Of a stretch of 64,000 nt of DNA, positions 8,981-18,695 are shown piece by piece. The stretch is from Candidatus Hydrogenedentota bacterium (lineage in GTDB: Bacteria; Hydrogenedentota; Hydrogenedentia; Hydrogenedentales; SLHB01), in contig CAXXYE010000004.1 of the NCBI GenBank assembly GCA_963674865.2, positions 709,632 through 773,631 of the forward strand. The letters run 5' to 3'. A model generated the notes under the pieces. It was not told the DNA's origin. It saw only the letters and a program-made list of their open reading frames with translations, and searched no databases. A program made the translations under genes and the position numbers. The number at the start of each line of letters is the position of its first letter. Within the stretch, counting starts at the first letter, position 1.

Positions 8981-10255
8981 ATGAGCCGAAAACGACGCGA
9001 GAAGAACCTATGGTGGACCTGCGGCGCGGTCTTCCTGCTCATTCTGCTGGGCCGCGCCGCCGTCGAACTCGGAGGAACCACCAGCGAAACACCGGAGCCG
9101 CCGCCCGGCGCATCCGCCAAGATCGCTCAACCTTCGCCCGAAGCCGCCACTGAGCCGGACGTGGCCCTCGCGCCCGACCCCGGCCCGGCCACCGACAGTG
9201 TGGCCGCGCTCGAACGGCTCCAGGCAGCGCGCCAAATCGTCGACGTACACGAGCACATCGAATCCATCGAGCAAGCGCCCACCTACCTCGCGGCCATGGA
9301 TCGCCTCGGCATCGAGAAGATCCTGCTCATGGGCAGTTCCTGGTTCACCATCACCCTCGACGAGCACGTCGGATTCACGCGCTACGACTGGAACAATGAC
9401 CAACTGCTCGAGATCGTAGCCCGCTATCCGGGCCGATTCGAGGCATGGCCCACCGTCTGCCCGGAAGACCCGGACGCGCTGGCCAGATTCAAGGCTTATG
9501 TCGGCCGCGGCGCGACCGGACTCAAGCTCTACGCAGGCCACGGCTACCTCAGCGCCGACACGCACGAGTACATGTTTCACACCATGGCTATGGACGACCC
9601 GCGCCTCTTGCCCCTGTACGCCTTCTGCGAAGAAAACTTCATCCCCGTGTGCATCCACGCCAATCCCGGCCCCACGCGCCCAGGCTTCGCGGAGGAACTC
9701 GTCGCCGTCATCGAGCAATTCCCGGACATGAAAGTGGACTGCCCCCACTTCATGCTGTCATCCATCAACTTCTGGCAATCACCCGGCAAAGACTCGAGAC
9801 TCTGTGAGTTCTTTGACACATTCCCCAATCTCTACACCGACATCAGCTTCGGCCGAGCCTTCATGGAGGCCGGTTTGAAACGCATTTCCAAACACCCCGA
9901 GAAATTCCGGCGCCTGTTCGCGGAGTATCCCGACCGCATCATGTTCGGGGCCGACCTCGTCCTGACCGAGGTGGATTTCAAGACGGAGCAGTGGGTGCAC
10001 GATCAGTTTCGGGCCTACCTGGACATGCTCACGCGTGAAACGTACACCACGCCGCTCATCGCCGGCGAGACGCTACACGGCCTCTCCCTGCCCGGCGCGA
10101 TTCTCGAGCAGGTGTTGTACAAGACCTACGAGCGCTTCGTGTCGAAACGGCCCCAAGGAACCGAGATCACCCGCAGCATCGTTTGGGAAAACATGGGCGT
10201 GAAGTACACCGGACGACAACCCGGGGAGGCCCTGCCGCCACCCAAAGGCAAGTAA
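8981..10255 (+). CDS. Amidohydrolase_2 family metallo-hydrolase with N-terminal membrane anchor
   Basis: IVDVHEH (HxH), GLKL, CIH, LYTDIS and RIMFGAD; hydrophobic N-terminal segment followed by Pro/Glu-rich linker. Confidence 0.75.
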   Translation: MSRKRREKNLWWTCGAVFLLILLGRAAVELGGTTSETPEPPPGASAKIAQPSPEAATEPDVALAPDPGPATDSVAALERLQAARQIVDVHEHIESIEQAPTYLAAMDRLGIEKILLMGSSWFTITLDEHVGFTRYDWNNDQLLEIVARYPGRFEAWPTVCPEDPDALARFKAYVGRGATGLKLYAGHGYLSADTHEYMFHTMAMDDPRLLPLYAFCEENFIPVCIHANPGPTRPGFAEELVAVIEQFPDMKVDCPHFMLSSINFWQSPGKDSRLCEFFDTFPNLYTDISFGRAFMEAGLKRISKHPEKFRRLFAEYPDRIMFGADLVLTEVDFKTEQWVHDQFRAYLDMLTRETYTTPLIAGETLHGLSLPGAILEQVLYKTYERFVSKRPQGTEITRSIVWENMGVKYTGRQPGEALPPPKGK

Positions 10256-10258
10256 GGC

Positions 10259-11470
10259 TCAACAGCCGAACCGCTCCTTGACGATAGCCTCGAGCGCGCG
10301 CAGGCGATGGGCGTATGTATGCTCGCTTAGGATTCGTCGCCGTGCATTCGATGCGATCCGCCGACGCGCCTCCGAGTGTCCCCTATAAAACTTGAGCAGG
10401 TCCCGGCACTCGTCGATGGAGGCATAGCACGCCGTTTCCTGCTCAAGGTCGAACAGCTCGCCAAGTTCGGCCTGCGCATCCGTCAAAAGGAACCCGCCGG
10501 CAGCCGGACAGTCAAATACGCGCTGATTCACCGTGCTCGGCATCTGAATGCTCGTCACGTTCAGGTTCACCTCGCAGAGGCGGTAGAAGCCGGGAAGGTC
10601 CTCGACGTAATTGACGGCTCCCCGCGCCCCGGGCACAACACGCCGCCACTCCTCATCGCCCCGCACTTCGAGCCCATCCGGCGCCAGCGCTTCCACAAGC
10701 TCCCGCCGGAGCCGGCGCGTGCCTTCGACAAACATGAGTAGCTCCGCGTGCCGCTTCTGATCGGCATCGAGCCGCTCGAGCAGCCCGCCTTCCAGCATCG
10801 CGTCAAGCCCTTGCCCAAACCGCTCCCGCGTCACGCTGCCTTCATCGAAAGCATGCCGCACCGCATCGGCAAGCTTCGCGTGGTCTTCAAGCCACGCCCA
10901 TTCACGCTCCGCAAAAGAGATCATCGAATTCCCGACGAAGGTGGGAGGGAAGACCCAGGTATCCGCCGGTTCCGCGTTGAAAACGTGCGGATCGACGGCC
11001 AGCGGCAGGTGGTGGACGGCAGGAAACCCCACCGAGCCCAGGTAGTCGACGTAGGCGGCGTCCCACGTCAGCGCGACGCTGTAGGCGGAAGCAAACGCGG
11101 AATTGCCCATGATGATCGTGCGGGGATCATCCACAAACCACGTCACGTAAGGTATCTGCAGATCCTCGAAAAGCCCGGCGAACAGCCCATCCACATCCAT
11201 CCCGCTCAGATTGACTGATAAGATGAAGTCCGGCTTGAACTCCCCGAGCGTTCGCAGCAGTTCCTCAAGAGACGCCCGCGGCAACACCCCTTCGAGCGGC
11301 ACGGGCACGGTGGCAAGCGTCCAGCCCAAATCCCGCGCGGCATGAATGCAGGCCGAGTCAAGCCAGTACTGACTCTGGAGAATGAGTATCCGCGTCTCAT
11401 CTCCCGCGAACTTGTCGTACGACAGGAGTTCCCGCATCCGCTTCGAGACAGTCAGCCGACGGTTCACCAT
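10259..11470 (-). CDS. CgeB/YkvP-family glycosyltransferase-like protein (paralogue of 7714..8922)
   Basis: TWFVDDP, HLPLAVDP, the identical VNQRVFDCPAAGGFLLTD, and HTYAHR. Confidence 0.75.
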   Translation of the reverse strand: MVNRRLTVSKRMRELLSYDKFAGDETRILILQSQYWLDSACIHAARDLGWTLATVPVPLEGVLPRASLEELLRTLGEFKPDFILSVNLSGMDVDGLFAGLFEDLQIPYVTWFVDDPRTIIMGNSAFASAYSVALTWDAAYVDYLGSVGFPAVHHLPLAVDPHVFNAEPADTWVFPPTFVGNSMISFAEREWAWLEDHAKLADAVRHAFDEGSVTRERFGQGLDAMLEGGLLERLDADQKRHAELLMFVEGTRRLRRELVEALAPDGLEVRGDEEWRRVVPGARGAVNYVEDLPGFYRLCEVNLNVTSIQMPSTVNQRVFDCPAAGGFLLTDAQAELGELFDLEQETACYASIDECRDLLKFYRGHSEARRRIASNARRRILSEHTYAHRLRALEAIVKERFGC

Positions 11471-11639
11471 ACGGCGATGATAGCAGCCCGGCCCAGCGGC
11501 CTCAACGGTTCAGCGCAAGATAACCCCGATAATGACCCGCATATCATTGCTTTCTCTCGACTCAATTGATTCCCCCCATATCCCATGCTATCGTCAAACC
11601 AGTAGCTGCGTATCTCAAAACCCCGTCTGGAGAGAGAGG

Positions 11640-13775
11640 ATGAAGAGTATCTGTCTTGGCGTGGTGCTTCTTCGCTCGGCTCTGCCCGTGGAGCCGGCAA
11701 TGCCGCCCGATAACACCTGTTTTCAAACGGCCTCTCCTTATGGCCCTGCCATTGATATCGGCTCGGACATGGCCATTGTCTACGGCGTCAACGACACCTT
11801 CGCCGAGCGCGTCGCCGGATGGCGCGAGCACGGCTACAACGTCGGGATGATGACCGGCATCGCCTGGGGCGGCTACGGCGACTACTACATGTCCAACGGC
11901 GTCTTCAAGAAGGAGGAGGTGCAAACGGCCAAGGACGGCAGGCTGTTCATGCACGGCAATAGCACGACCGTCGGCTACAATGTCCCCTCCGATTCCTACA
12001 TCGCCTACATCAAGCGGATGGTTGAGCCTGCCGTGGATGCCGGCGTCGCTGCGATCTTTCTCGAAGAGCCCGAATATTGGGCAAAGACGGGATGGAGCGA
12101 GGGATTCAAACAGGCCTGGCAGCAGTTCTACGGCGAACCGTGGGCGCCGCCCGATGCAAGCGTGGACGCCCAGTATCGCGCCAGCCGCCTCAAGTACGAG
12201 CTGTACTACCGCGCCCTGAAGGAGGTATTCGCCCACGTCAAGGCCCGCGCCAAAGACCAAGGCCGCGAAATCGACTGTGTCGTGCCGACGCACAGCCTCA
12301 TCAACTACGCACAATGGCGCATCGTAAGTCCCGAATCCCATCTTGTCGATCTGGACGAACTCGACGGCTACATCGCTCAAGTGTGGACAGGCACGGCCCG
12401 CTCGGCCAACAAGTTCCGGGGCGTCGTCAAGGAACGCACCTTCGAGACGGCCTACCTAGAGTACGGACAGATGCTCAGCATGGTGCGGCCCACCGGACGG
12501 AAGGTCTGGTTCCTTGCGGATCCCGTCGAAGACAATCCCAACCGCAGTTGGAATGACTACAAGCGCAACTACGAATGCACCGTGGTAGCGTCGCTCCTGT
12601 GGCCGGAAGTCCACCGGTATGAGGTGATGCCCTGGCCCCGCCGCATATTCAAGGGCGCCTACCCGAAGGTAGATCTCGACGAGAAGGCCGCTGACCGGGA
12701 AGGCATTCCAGCCGACTACGCATCCGAGATCCTGGTGATTATCAACGCCCTCAACGAAATGGGCCAGAAGGAGGTGCGGCACGACACCGGCACCCGGGGC
12801 ATCGGCCTGCTCGTCTCCGACACGATGATGTTTCAACGCGCCGAGCCTAGTGCAAGCGACCCCCATCTCGGCGGCTTCTATGGGCTGGCGCTGCCCTTGC
12901 TGAAGGCCGGTGTGCCCGTGGAACCCGTCCAGCTAGAGACAACGACGCAGCGAGGATGCCTCCGCCCCTACAAAGTACTTCTCCTGACCTACGAGCATCA
13001 GAAACCGCTGAAACCCGGCTATCATGAGGCGTTGCGCAAGTGGGTGCGAAAAGGCGGCTGCCTCCTGTTCGTCGGCGAGGGCGCCGACCCCTATCACCAC
13101 GTCCGCGCCTGGTGGAACGATGAGGGCCGGACCTCCGCCACGGCGCGCGATGCCCTCGTACGCTCCCTGGACGTCAGCCCGCGGGCATTCGAGAAACCCG
13201 TCAAAACTGGCCGTGGATACGTGCACTTCGTGAGCGCAAATCCCTCCCAGCTACAGGAGAATGCCGACGGGGCCGACAAGGTGCTCGACTCCGTCCGCGC
13301 ACTCCTCCGCCTGCGAGGCCAGGAACTGGAAACGCAGAACCACCTCTGCATACGAAGGGGGCCCTTCGTGGTAGCCGCCGTGCTCGACGAGTCGGTATCG
13401 GAGGAGCCGCTACGGCTCGATGGGCCCTTCATCGACCTCTTCGACCCCGCTCTGCCGATCGTCACACAGTGCGTGCTTCACCCGAATGAAAGGGCACTGC
13501 TCTACGACCTGATCCAACCCGGCCCCGCCGCAGGAGTCCTCGCCGCCGCCGCGCGCGTCAAGGCCGAGCGCGTAGGGGAGGGGCAGTTGGCTTTCACCCT
13601 ACGTGGGCCCGAAGGCACAACCGGCGCGGCCCGCGTGCGCCTGCCTCGTCCGCCCACGCGCGTGGCGACTTCACCCGACGTCCATACACAGCATGAATGG
13701 GACGAGGCGACCTCGACCTTGTGGCTGTCATTCCCGAATAGGGCGGGGGACGTAGTCTTCACGGTTAATTTCTGA
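11640..13775 (+). CDS. Probably secreted protein, putative glycoside-hydrolase-like
   Basis: Long ORF with GC3-biased codons; hydrophobic N-terminus from ATG 11640; IFLEEPE motif; later segment (YKVLLLTY..ALRKWVRKGGCLLF) resembles a GH42-type trimerisation domain; start uncertain. Confidence 0.55.
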   Translation: MKSICLGVVLLRSALPVEPAMPPDNTCFQTASPYGPAIDIGSDMAIVYGVNDTFAERVAGWREHGYNVGMMTGIAWGGYGDYYMSNGVFKKEEVQTAKDGRLFMHGNSTTVGYNVPSDSYIAYIKRMVEPAVDAGVAAIFLEEPEYWAKTGWSEGFKQAWQQFYGEPWAPPDASVDAQYRASRLKYELYYRALKEVFAHVKARAKDQGREIDCVVPTHSLINYAQWRIVSPESHLVDLDELDGYIAQVWTGTARSANKFRGVVKERTFETAYLEYGQMLSMVRPTGRKVWFLADPVEDNPNRSWNDYKRNYECTVVASLLWPEVHRYEVMPWPRRIFKGAYPKVDLDEKAADREGIPADYASEILVIINALNEMGQKEVRHDTGTRGIGLLVSDTMMFQRAEPSASDPHLGGFYGLALPLLKAGVPVEPVQLETTTQRGCLRPYKVLLLTYEHQKPLKPGYHEALRKWVRKGGCLLFVGEGADPYHHVRAWWNDEGRTSATARDALVRSLDVSPRAFEKPVKTGRGYVHFVSANPSQLQENADGADKVLDSVRALLRLRGQELETQNHLCIRRGPFVVAAVLDESVSEEPLRLDGPFIDLFDPALPIVTQCVLHPNERALLYDLIQPGPAAGVLAAAARVKAERVGEGQLAFTLRGPEGTTGAARVRLPRPPTRVATSPDVHTQHEWDEATSTLWLSFPNRAGDVVFTVNF

Positions 13776-13846
13776 ATTCATGTCCTAGCCGCCGAGCCCC
13801 AAATCCGCGCGTAAGCCAGCCAGGTCTCGCGCCAATCGCGGAAATA

Positions 13847-13955
13847 CGCAGGCTTCCAGCCTGCCACTGACTGTAGCGCAGGCTTCGAGCCTGCCGGAGA
13901 CTGTGGCGCAGGCATCTTGCCTGCCGGAGATTGTGGTGCGGCCATCTTGCCTGCC
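13847..13955 (+). repeat. Four REP-like palindromes at 30-bp period
   Basis: GCAGGCTTCCAGCCTGC, GCAGGCTTCGAGCCTGC, GCAGGCATCTTGCCTGC and GCGGCCATCTTGCCTGC; three are preceded by TGTAG or TGTGG. Confidence 0.85.
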
Positions 13956-14086
13956 TCCAGCGCGCGTGCTTGGGATGCAGGACCACGCTTACGTGCAGAT
14001 TCCGGCCGGGTCGATGTCAATTGTGCCAAGGGGAAGGTTCTGCTACACTTTCGCCGCAGTTTCTCTTGACGGGAGTTCAGAATTAC

Positions 14087-16570
14087 ATGATTGAAGCCAG
14101 ATATGTGCAACGTATAGCAGAGGACGTCTCCGCGACGCCGGAGCAAGTGTCCGTGGCGATTCAACTGCTCGAGGACGGAGCCACGCTCCCCTTTGTCGCA
14201 CGCTATCGGAAAGACGCCACGGGGTGCCTTGACGAAGCGAGCCTCGAGAAAATAACCGCGGGCAACGCCTATTTCACCGCACTTCAGGAGCGCCGCAAGG
14301 CCGTTCTCGAGTCCATTGCCAAGCAGGGCAAGCTAACGAACGAGCTGCGCGAGCGCCTCGAGAACTGCGAGGAGCAGGCCGGGCTCGAGGATCTCTACCT
14401 CCCCTACAAGAGAAAACAACGCACCAAGGCCACCCTCGCGCGAGAACAAGGCCTGGTACCTCTGGCCGATTTCCTCTGGCAGCAGGCGCCCGGCTCGCAA
14501 TCCATCGAGGAATGCGCCGGCACGTTCGTGAAGCCGGAAAAGGCCCTCAACACCGTCGAGGAAGCCCTCGATGGGGCGCGCAGTATCCTGGCGGAGCGAA
14601 TCGCCCTCGATGCCGACGTGCGCCGGAGCCTTCGCGAGCGCATGATCAACGAGGGCCGCGTCTTCGCCAAAGCCACGAAGAACGCAGAAGGCAAGAAGAC
14701 TAAATTCGAAGCCTATTACGACTTCTCCGAACCCGTCGCCAAAATACCGTCCCACCGCTTTCTGGCCGTCCTCCGCGGCTCGAAAGAGGGCGTGCTGCGT
14801 ATGGGATTGGCCCTCGATGATGACCGCATACTCGCCGATATGCTTGCGCCGGTGCTCAAGGAGCCCGGCTCCCCATTCGAACCTGAGATACGCCGCATCA
14901 TGGAGCAGGCCTACACGCAGCAGCTTCGCCCGGCCATCGAGCGGGACGTCCTGGGCCTCGTTCGACACAAGGCCGAGGACGACGCCGTACAGGTATTTCG
15001 TGCTAACGCGGAGAATCTCCTCTTAGCCCCGCCCGCCGGCGCGCTCACCATCATCGGGATGAACCCCGGAACCAAGACGGGATGCAAGGTCGCCGCCGTG
15101 GACCGAACCGGCGCCTTTCTGGAAAGCGTCACCATTTTCCCGACCGGGACAAAGGAGCAGACCGAAGAAGCCGAGAAGATCCTCCTCGCATTGATCCAGA
15201 AACACCAGGTTCAGGCCGTCGCCATCGGCAACGGCGCGACCGCCCGCGATATAGCCTCCTTCGTCAGAGGTATCCTGAAAAACGTCACCGGACAGGACGT
15301 GTTTTCGGTACTGGTAAACGACGCGGGAATAGCTGTCTACTCCGGCTCCAAGATGGCGCGAGAAGAGTTCCCCAACATGGATGCGACGGCACGAGGCGCG
15401 ATCTCCATCGCCAGGCGTCTTCAAGACCCGCTGGCGGAACTCGTCAAGATAGACCCCCGCAGCATCGGCGTGGGGCAGTACCAACACGACGTGAATCAGA
15501 AACGGCTCCGTGAGGGACTGTATCGCACGGTAGTCTCCTGCGTGAACCATGTCGGGGTCGATCTAAACGCCGCATCCATCGCGCTCCTTCGGTACGTGAG
15601 CGGTGTCCAACTCGGCACCGCGCAAGCCATCGTGGGCTTCCGCGACCAGGCGAAAGGATTCCGCTCCCGTGAACAACTACTAAGCGTAGACGGGGTCGGC
15701 CCAAAGCTCTTCGAGCAGTGCGCCGGCTTCCTACGCGTCAACGACGGCGAAGACGTGCTTGATGGAACGGCCATCCACCCCGAGGCCTATCCCGTGGTTG
15801 CTGCCATCGCCGAGCGTCTCGGGGTCGAGGTCGAGCGTCTTCTCGGCAACACAGAGGTACTCGAAGGGCTCGATATGACGTCCTTCATATCGGGCAATAT
15901 AGGGCCGGCGGCCTTGGAAGATATCCGCTCAGAACTCATCAAGCCCGGCCGCGACCCCCGAACCGAGTTCAAGGTCCCTGACTTCCTCGAAGGTGTCGAG
16001 ACCGTGTCCGACCTCGAAGAGGGCATGGAGATGGAAGGCGTCGTTACCAACGTCACCGATTTCGGCGCCTTCGTGGACGTCGGCGTGCATCAGGACGGAC
16101 TGGTTCACCTCTCGGAATTGGCAAACCGCTTTGTCGAGGACCCGCGCAAAATCGTCAAAGTGGGGGAAGTCGTCAAGGTAAAGGTCATCAAAGTCGACAG
16201 AGAGACGCCGCGCATATCGCTGTCGATGAAGGCGCTCGAACCCGCGCCCCCCCGCAAGTCCACCCGGCGGCCGCGCCGGCACAAGCACGTCCCGCCCACG
16301 GAACAAGCCCAGCCGGCGTCTGGGCAGGAACGCTCCGTGAGGGACGAAGCCGGCCCCCGAAGGCAGCGTGACGAACGCCGCAGGCCACCCTCTCCCCGAT
16401 CCGAGCGAGACGGCGGGCGCGGCCCTAGAGGTCGGAGAGGCAGGCGTGGCGGCCCGAAACAGGGAACTCGCAACGCCCCCCGAAACCACCAGTCCGGTGC
16501 CACTGAAGGCCCCCTCAATACGGCCCTGGCGGAGCAATTGGCCGCGCTCAAAGACAAATTCGACTCCTGA
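14087..16570 (+). CDS. tex: Tex family RNA-binding transcriptional accessory protein
   Basis: GATLPFVARYRKDATG, LEDLYLPYK, SIARRLQDPLAELVKIDP, SIGVGQYQHD and S1 domain GVVTNVTDFGAFVD; start set at ATG 14087. Confidence 0.95.
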   Translation: MIEARYVQRIAEDVSATPEQVSVAIQLLEDGATLPFVARYRKDATGCLDEASLEKITAGNAYFTALQERRKAVLESIAKQGKLTNELRERLENCEEQAGLEDLYLPYKRKQRTKATLAREQGLVPLADFLWQQAPGSQSIEECAGTFVKPEKALNTVEEALDGARSILAERIALDADVRRSLRERMINEGRVFAKATKNAEGKKTKFEAYYDFSEPVAKIPSHRFLAVLRGSKEGVLRMGLALDDDRILADMLAPVLKEPGSPFEPEIRRIMEQAYTQQLRPAIERDVLGLVRHKAEDDAVQVFRANAENLLLAPPAGALTIIGMNPGTKTGCKVAAVDRTGAFLESVTIFPTGTKEQTEEAEKILLALIQKHQVQAVAIGNGATARDIASFVRGILKNVTGQDVFSVLVNDAGIAVYSGSKMAREEFPNMDATARGAISIARRLQDPLAELVKIDPRSIGVGQYQHDVNQKRLREGLYRTVVSCVNHVGVDLNAASIALLRYVSGVQLGTAQAIVGFRDQAKGFRSREQLLSVDGVGPKLFEQCAGFLRVNDGEDVLDGTAIHPEAYPVVAAIAERLGVEVERLLGNTEVLEGLDMTSFISGNIGPAALEDIRSELIKPGRDPRTEFKVPDFLEGVETVSDLEEGMEMEGVVTNVTDFGAFVDVGVHQDGLVHLSELANRFVEDPRKIVKVGEVVKVKVIKVDRETPRISLSMKALEPAPPRKSTRRPRRHKHVPPTEQAQPASGQERSVRDEAGPRRQRDERRRPPSPRSERDGGRGPRGRRGRRGGPKQGTRNAPRNHQSGATEGPLNTALAEQLAALKDKFDS

Positions 16571-16705
16571 TGCCTTCGCCTGTAGAGGTGACAACCCCTC
16601 GCGGGGGAGAGACGCGCTCCCGCGCGTCTACGCTCAAGCGAGGGGCCGCGCCGCTCGGGCCTCCAAACACATCGTCGGACTTACGAAGCGGAGTATTCAG
16701 GCGCG

Positions 16706-18685
16706 ATGGCCGCTCCCGTCCATAGCACTCCTTCCCACCGTCGTCGCGAACTGCTCGTTTGCCTGGCGCTCGTCCTTTGCACACTGGCGGTGTATTGGCC
16801 CATCCAAGGCCACGGCTTCCTTAATCTCGACGACGGCGCATACGTCTCTCAGAACGCCCACGTCCGCGCCGGACTCACCTGGAGCAGCATTCGCTGGGCC
16901 TTCACAACAGGATACTTCTCTTACTGGCACCCCCTCACGTGGCTCTCCCATATGCTCGACTACCAGCTCTTTGCGCTGGATCCTGCCGGACATCACGCCA
17001 CCAGCATTCAGTTGCACACCGCCGCCGTACTTCTCCTCTTTCTCCTGCTCAGACAGACGACGGGCAGCCTGTGGCGAAGCGCATTCGCCGCGGCCTTCTT
17101 TGCGCTCCATCCCCTCCGTGTCGAGTCGGTAGCATGGATCTCGGAGCGGAAAGACGTCCTAAGCGCCCTCTTATGGATGCTCACCATGCTCGCCTATGTC
17201 TGGTACGCGAAACGCCCGAGCATCTTGCGCTACGCCGCACTGCTCCTGTCCTTCGCACTCGGCCTGATGGCAAAACCCATGCTTGTAACCTTGCCCTTCG
17301 TCCTGCTCCTCTTCGACTACTGGCCCTTGCGACGCATAGGCAAGACATCGGAAGAATCGCCGACGAAACCGGCGCCCGCGAAGATACTACTACTCGAAAA
17401 GGTTCCCTTATTCATCTTGGCGGCGGCCAGCGCTATCATCACGTTGGCGATCACAACACGCAGCGGCGCCGCGCCGTCGCTGACACGCCACTCGCTTCAG
17501 GCGCGAATAGCACTGTCTTTGGTCGCCTACGTCAAATACGTGGCCATGATCTTATGGCCTCACGACCTCGCAATCCTGTATCCACATCCTTCCGCGCCGT
17601 TTCCATGGTGGCAAGTAGCGGCAGCGGCTTTCTTTCTGGGCGGCATGACGCTCCTGGCGGCATTTGCGGCCAGACGCCACGGCTATCTCCCCGTCGGGTG
17701 GCTCTGGTTCCTGGTGACCCTCGTCCCGGTGATCGGCGTGGTCCAGGTGGGCACACAGTTCGTGGCGGATCGCTGGACGTACATCCCCTCCGTCGGCATA
17801 GGCATCATGATCGTATGGGGACTCGCCGACCTCGCCTCACGATCTCCCGTGCTCAAGCGCTCGCTCGCTGCTGTCGGCGTGGTCGCTCTTGTCGCCTCTG
17901 CCGCCGCCACCGAGGTCCAGATATACCGCTGGCGCGATAATGAGGCGCTGTTTCGCCAAACGGTTCGAGTCACCGAGAACAACGTGCTCGCCCACACCAA
18001 CCTGGCCCAAGCGCTGATCGAGAAAGGCAAGGTGGATGAGGCTATCGAGCACTGCGCCGAAGCACTGCGCATCAAACCCGACTACGAACAGGCCGTCAAC
18101 AACCTCGGTGTGGCCCTGTTCATGAAACGGGAGCTTCGCCCGGCGAAGGCCCTGTTCCGGCGCGTGATCGAGATCAATCCGAGTCAAGTTGAGGCCTACA
18201 ACAATCTCGGACGCGTTCTCGTCGAGGAACACAAGGCCACCGAAGCGGTGTCCGTATACGAAACCGCCCTCCGCATCCAACCCAACCACGTGGGGGCGCT
18301 CATCGGCCTGGCCGACGCACTATGCCAAGCACGAGAGTACGAACCGGCCATTGCTCGCTACGCGGCCGCCCTGGACCTGGACCCCGGACGGGGGGATGCG
18401 TTAAGGGGCATCGCCCATGCCCTCGCCGAATTGGGCCGGTTCGACGAAGCCGCCGCGCACTGCATGAAAGCCCTAGAACTCGACCCGGCCGACGTCGAAG
18501 CCCGCTACTACCTCGGCGTCGCCCTCGCACGCCTTGGCGCTACCGCCGACGCCATGGAATGCTTGCAGCAGGTACTGACACTGGTGCCGGACCACAAGGC
18601 CGCGCGCCAATGGCTCTCCCTCCTCGAAAGTGGGGAGGAGTTGCCCCAAGGCGCCGTCTCAAGAACGAAGCCACCGGCTCCCTGA
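16706..18685 (+). CDS. Multi-TM GT-C-like (TMTC-like) membrane protein with C-terminal TPRs
   Basis: FLNLDD..YV motif, WHPLTWLSH, FALHPLRVESVAWISERKDVL and ADRWTYIP; about 10 hydrophobic segments and about 6 TPRs. Confidence 0.8.
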   Translation: MAAPVHSTPSHRRRELLVCLALVLCTLAVYWPIQGHGFLNLDDGAYVSQNAHVRAGLTWSSIRWAFTTGYFSYWHPLTWLSHMLDYQLFALDPAGHHATSIQLHTAAVLLLFLLLRQTTGSLWRSAFAAAFFALHPLRVESVAWISERKDVLSALLWMLTMLAYVWYAKRPSILRYAALLLSFALGLMAKPMLVTLPFVLLLFDYWPLRRIGKTSEESPTKPAPAKILLLEKVPLFILAAASAIITLAITTRSGAAPSLTRHSLQARIALSLVAYVKYVAMILWPHDLAILYPHPSAPFPWWQVAAAAFFLGGMTLLAAFAARRHGYLPVGWLWFLVTLVPVIGVVQVGTQFVADRWTYIPSVGIGIMIVWGLADLASRSPVLKRSLAAVGVVALVASAAATEVQIYRWRDNEALFRQTVRVTENNVLAHTNLAQALIEKGKVDEAIEHCAEALRIKPDYEQAVNNLGVALFMKRELRPAKALFRRVIEINPSQVEAYNNLGRVLVEEHKATEAVSVYETALRIQPNHVGALIGLADALCQAREYEPAIARYAAALDLDPGRGDALRGIAHALAELGRFDEAAAHCMKALELDPADVEARYYLGVALARLGATADAMECLQQVLTLVPDHKAARQWLSLLESGEELPQGAVSRTKPPAP

Positions 18686-18695
18686 TCCCGCGATA

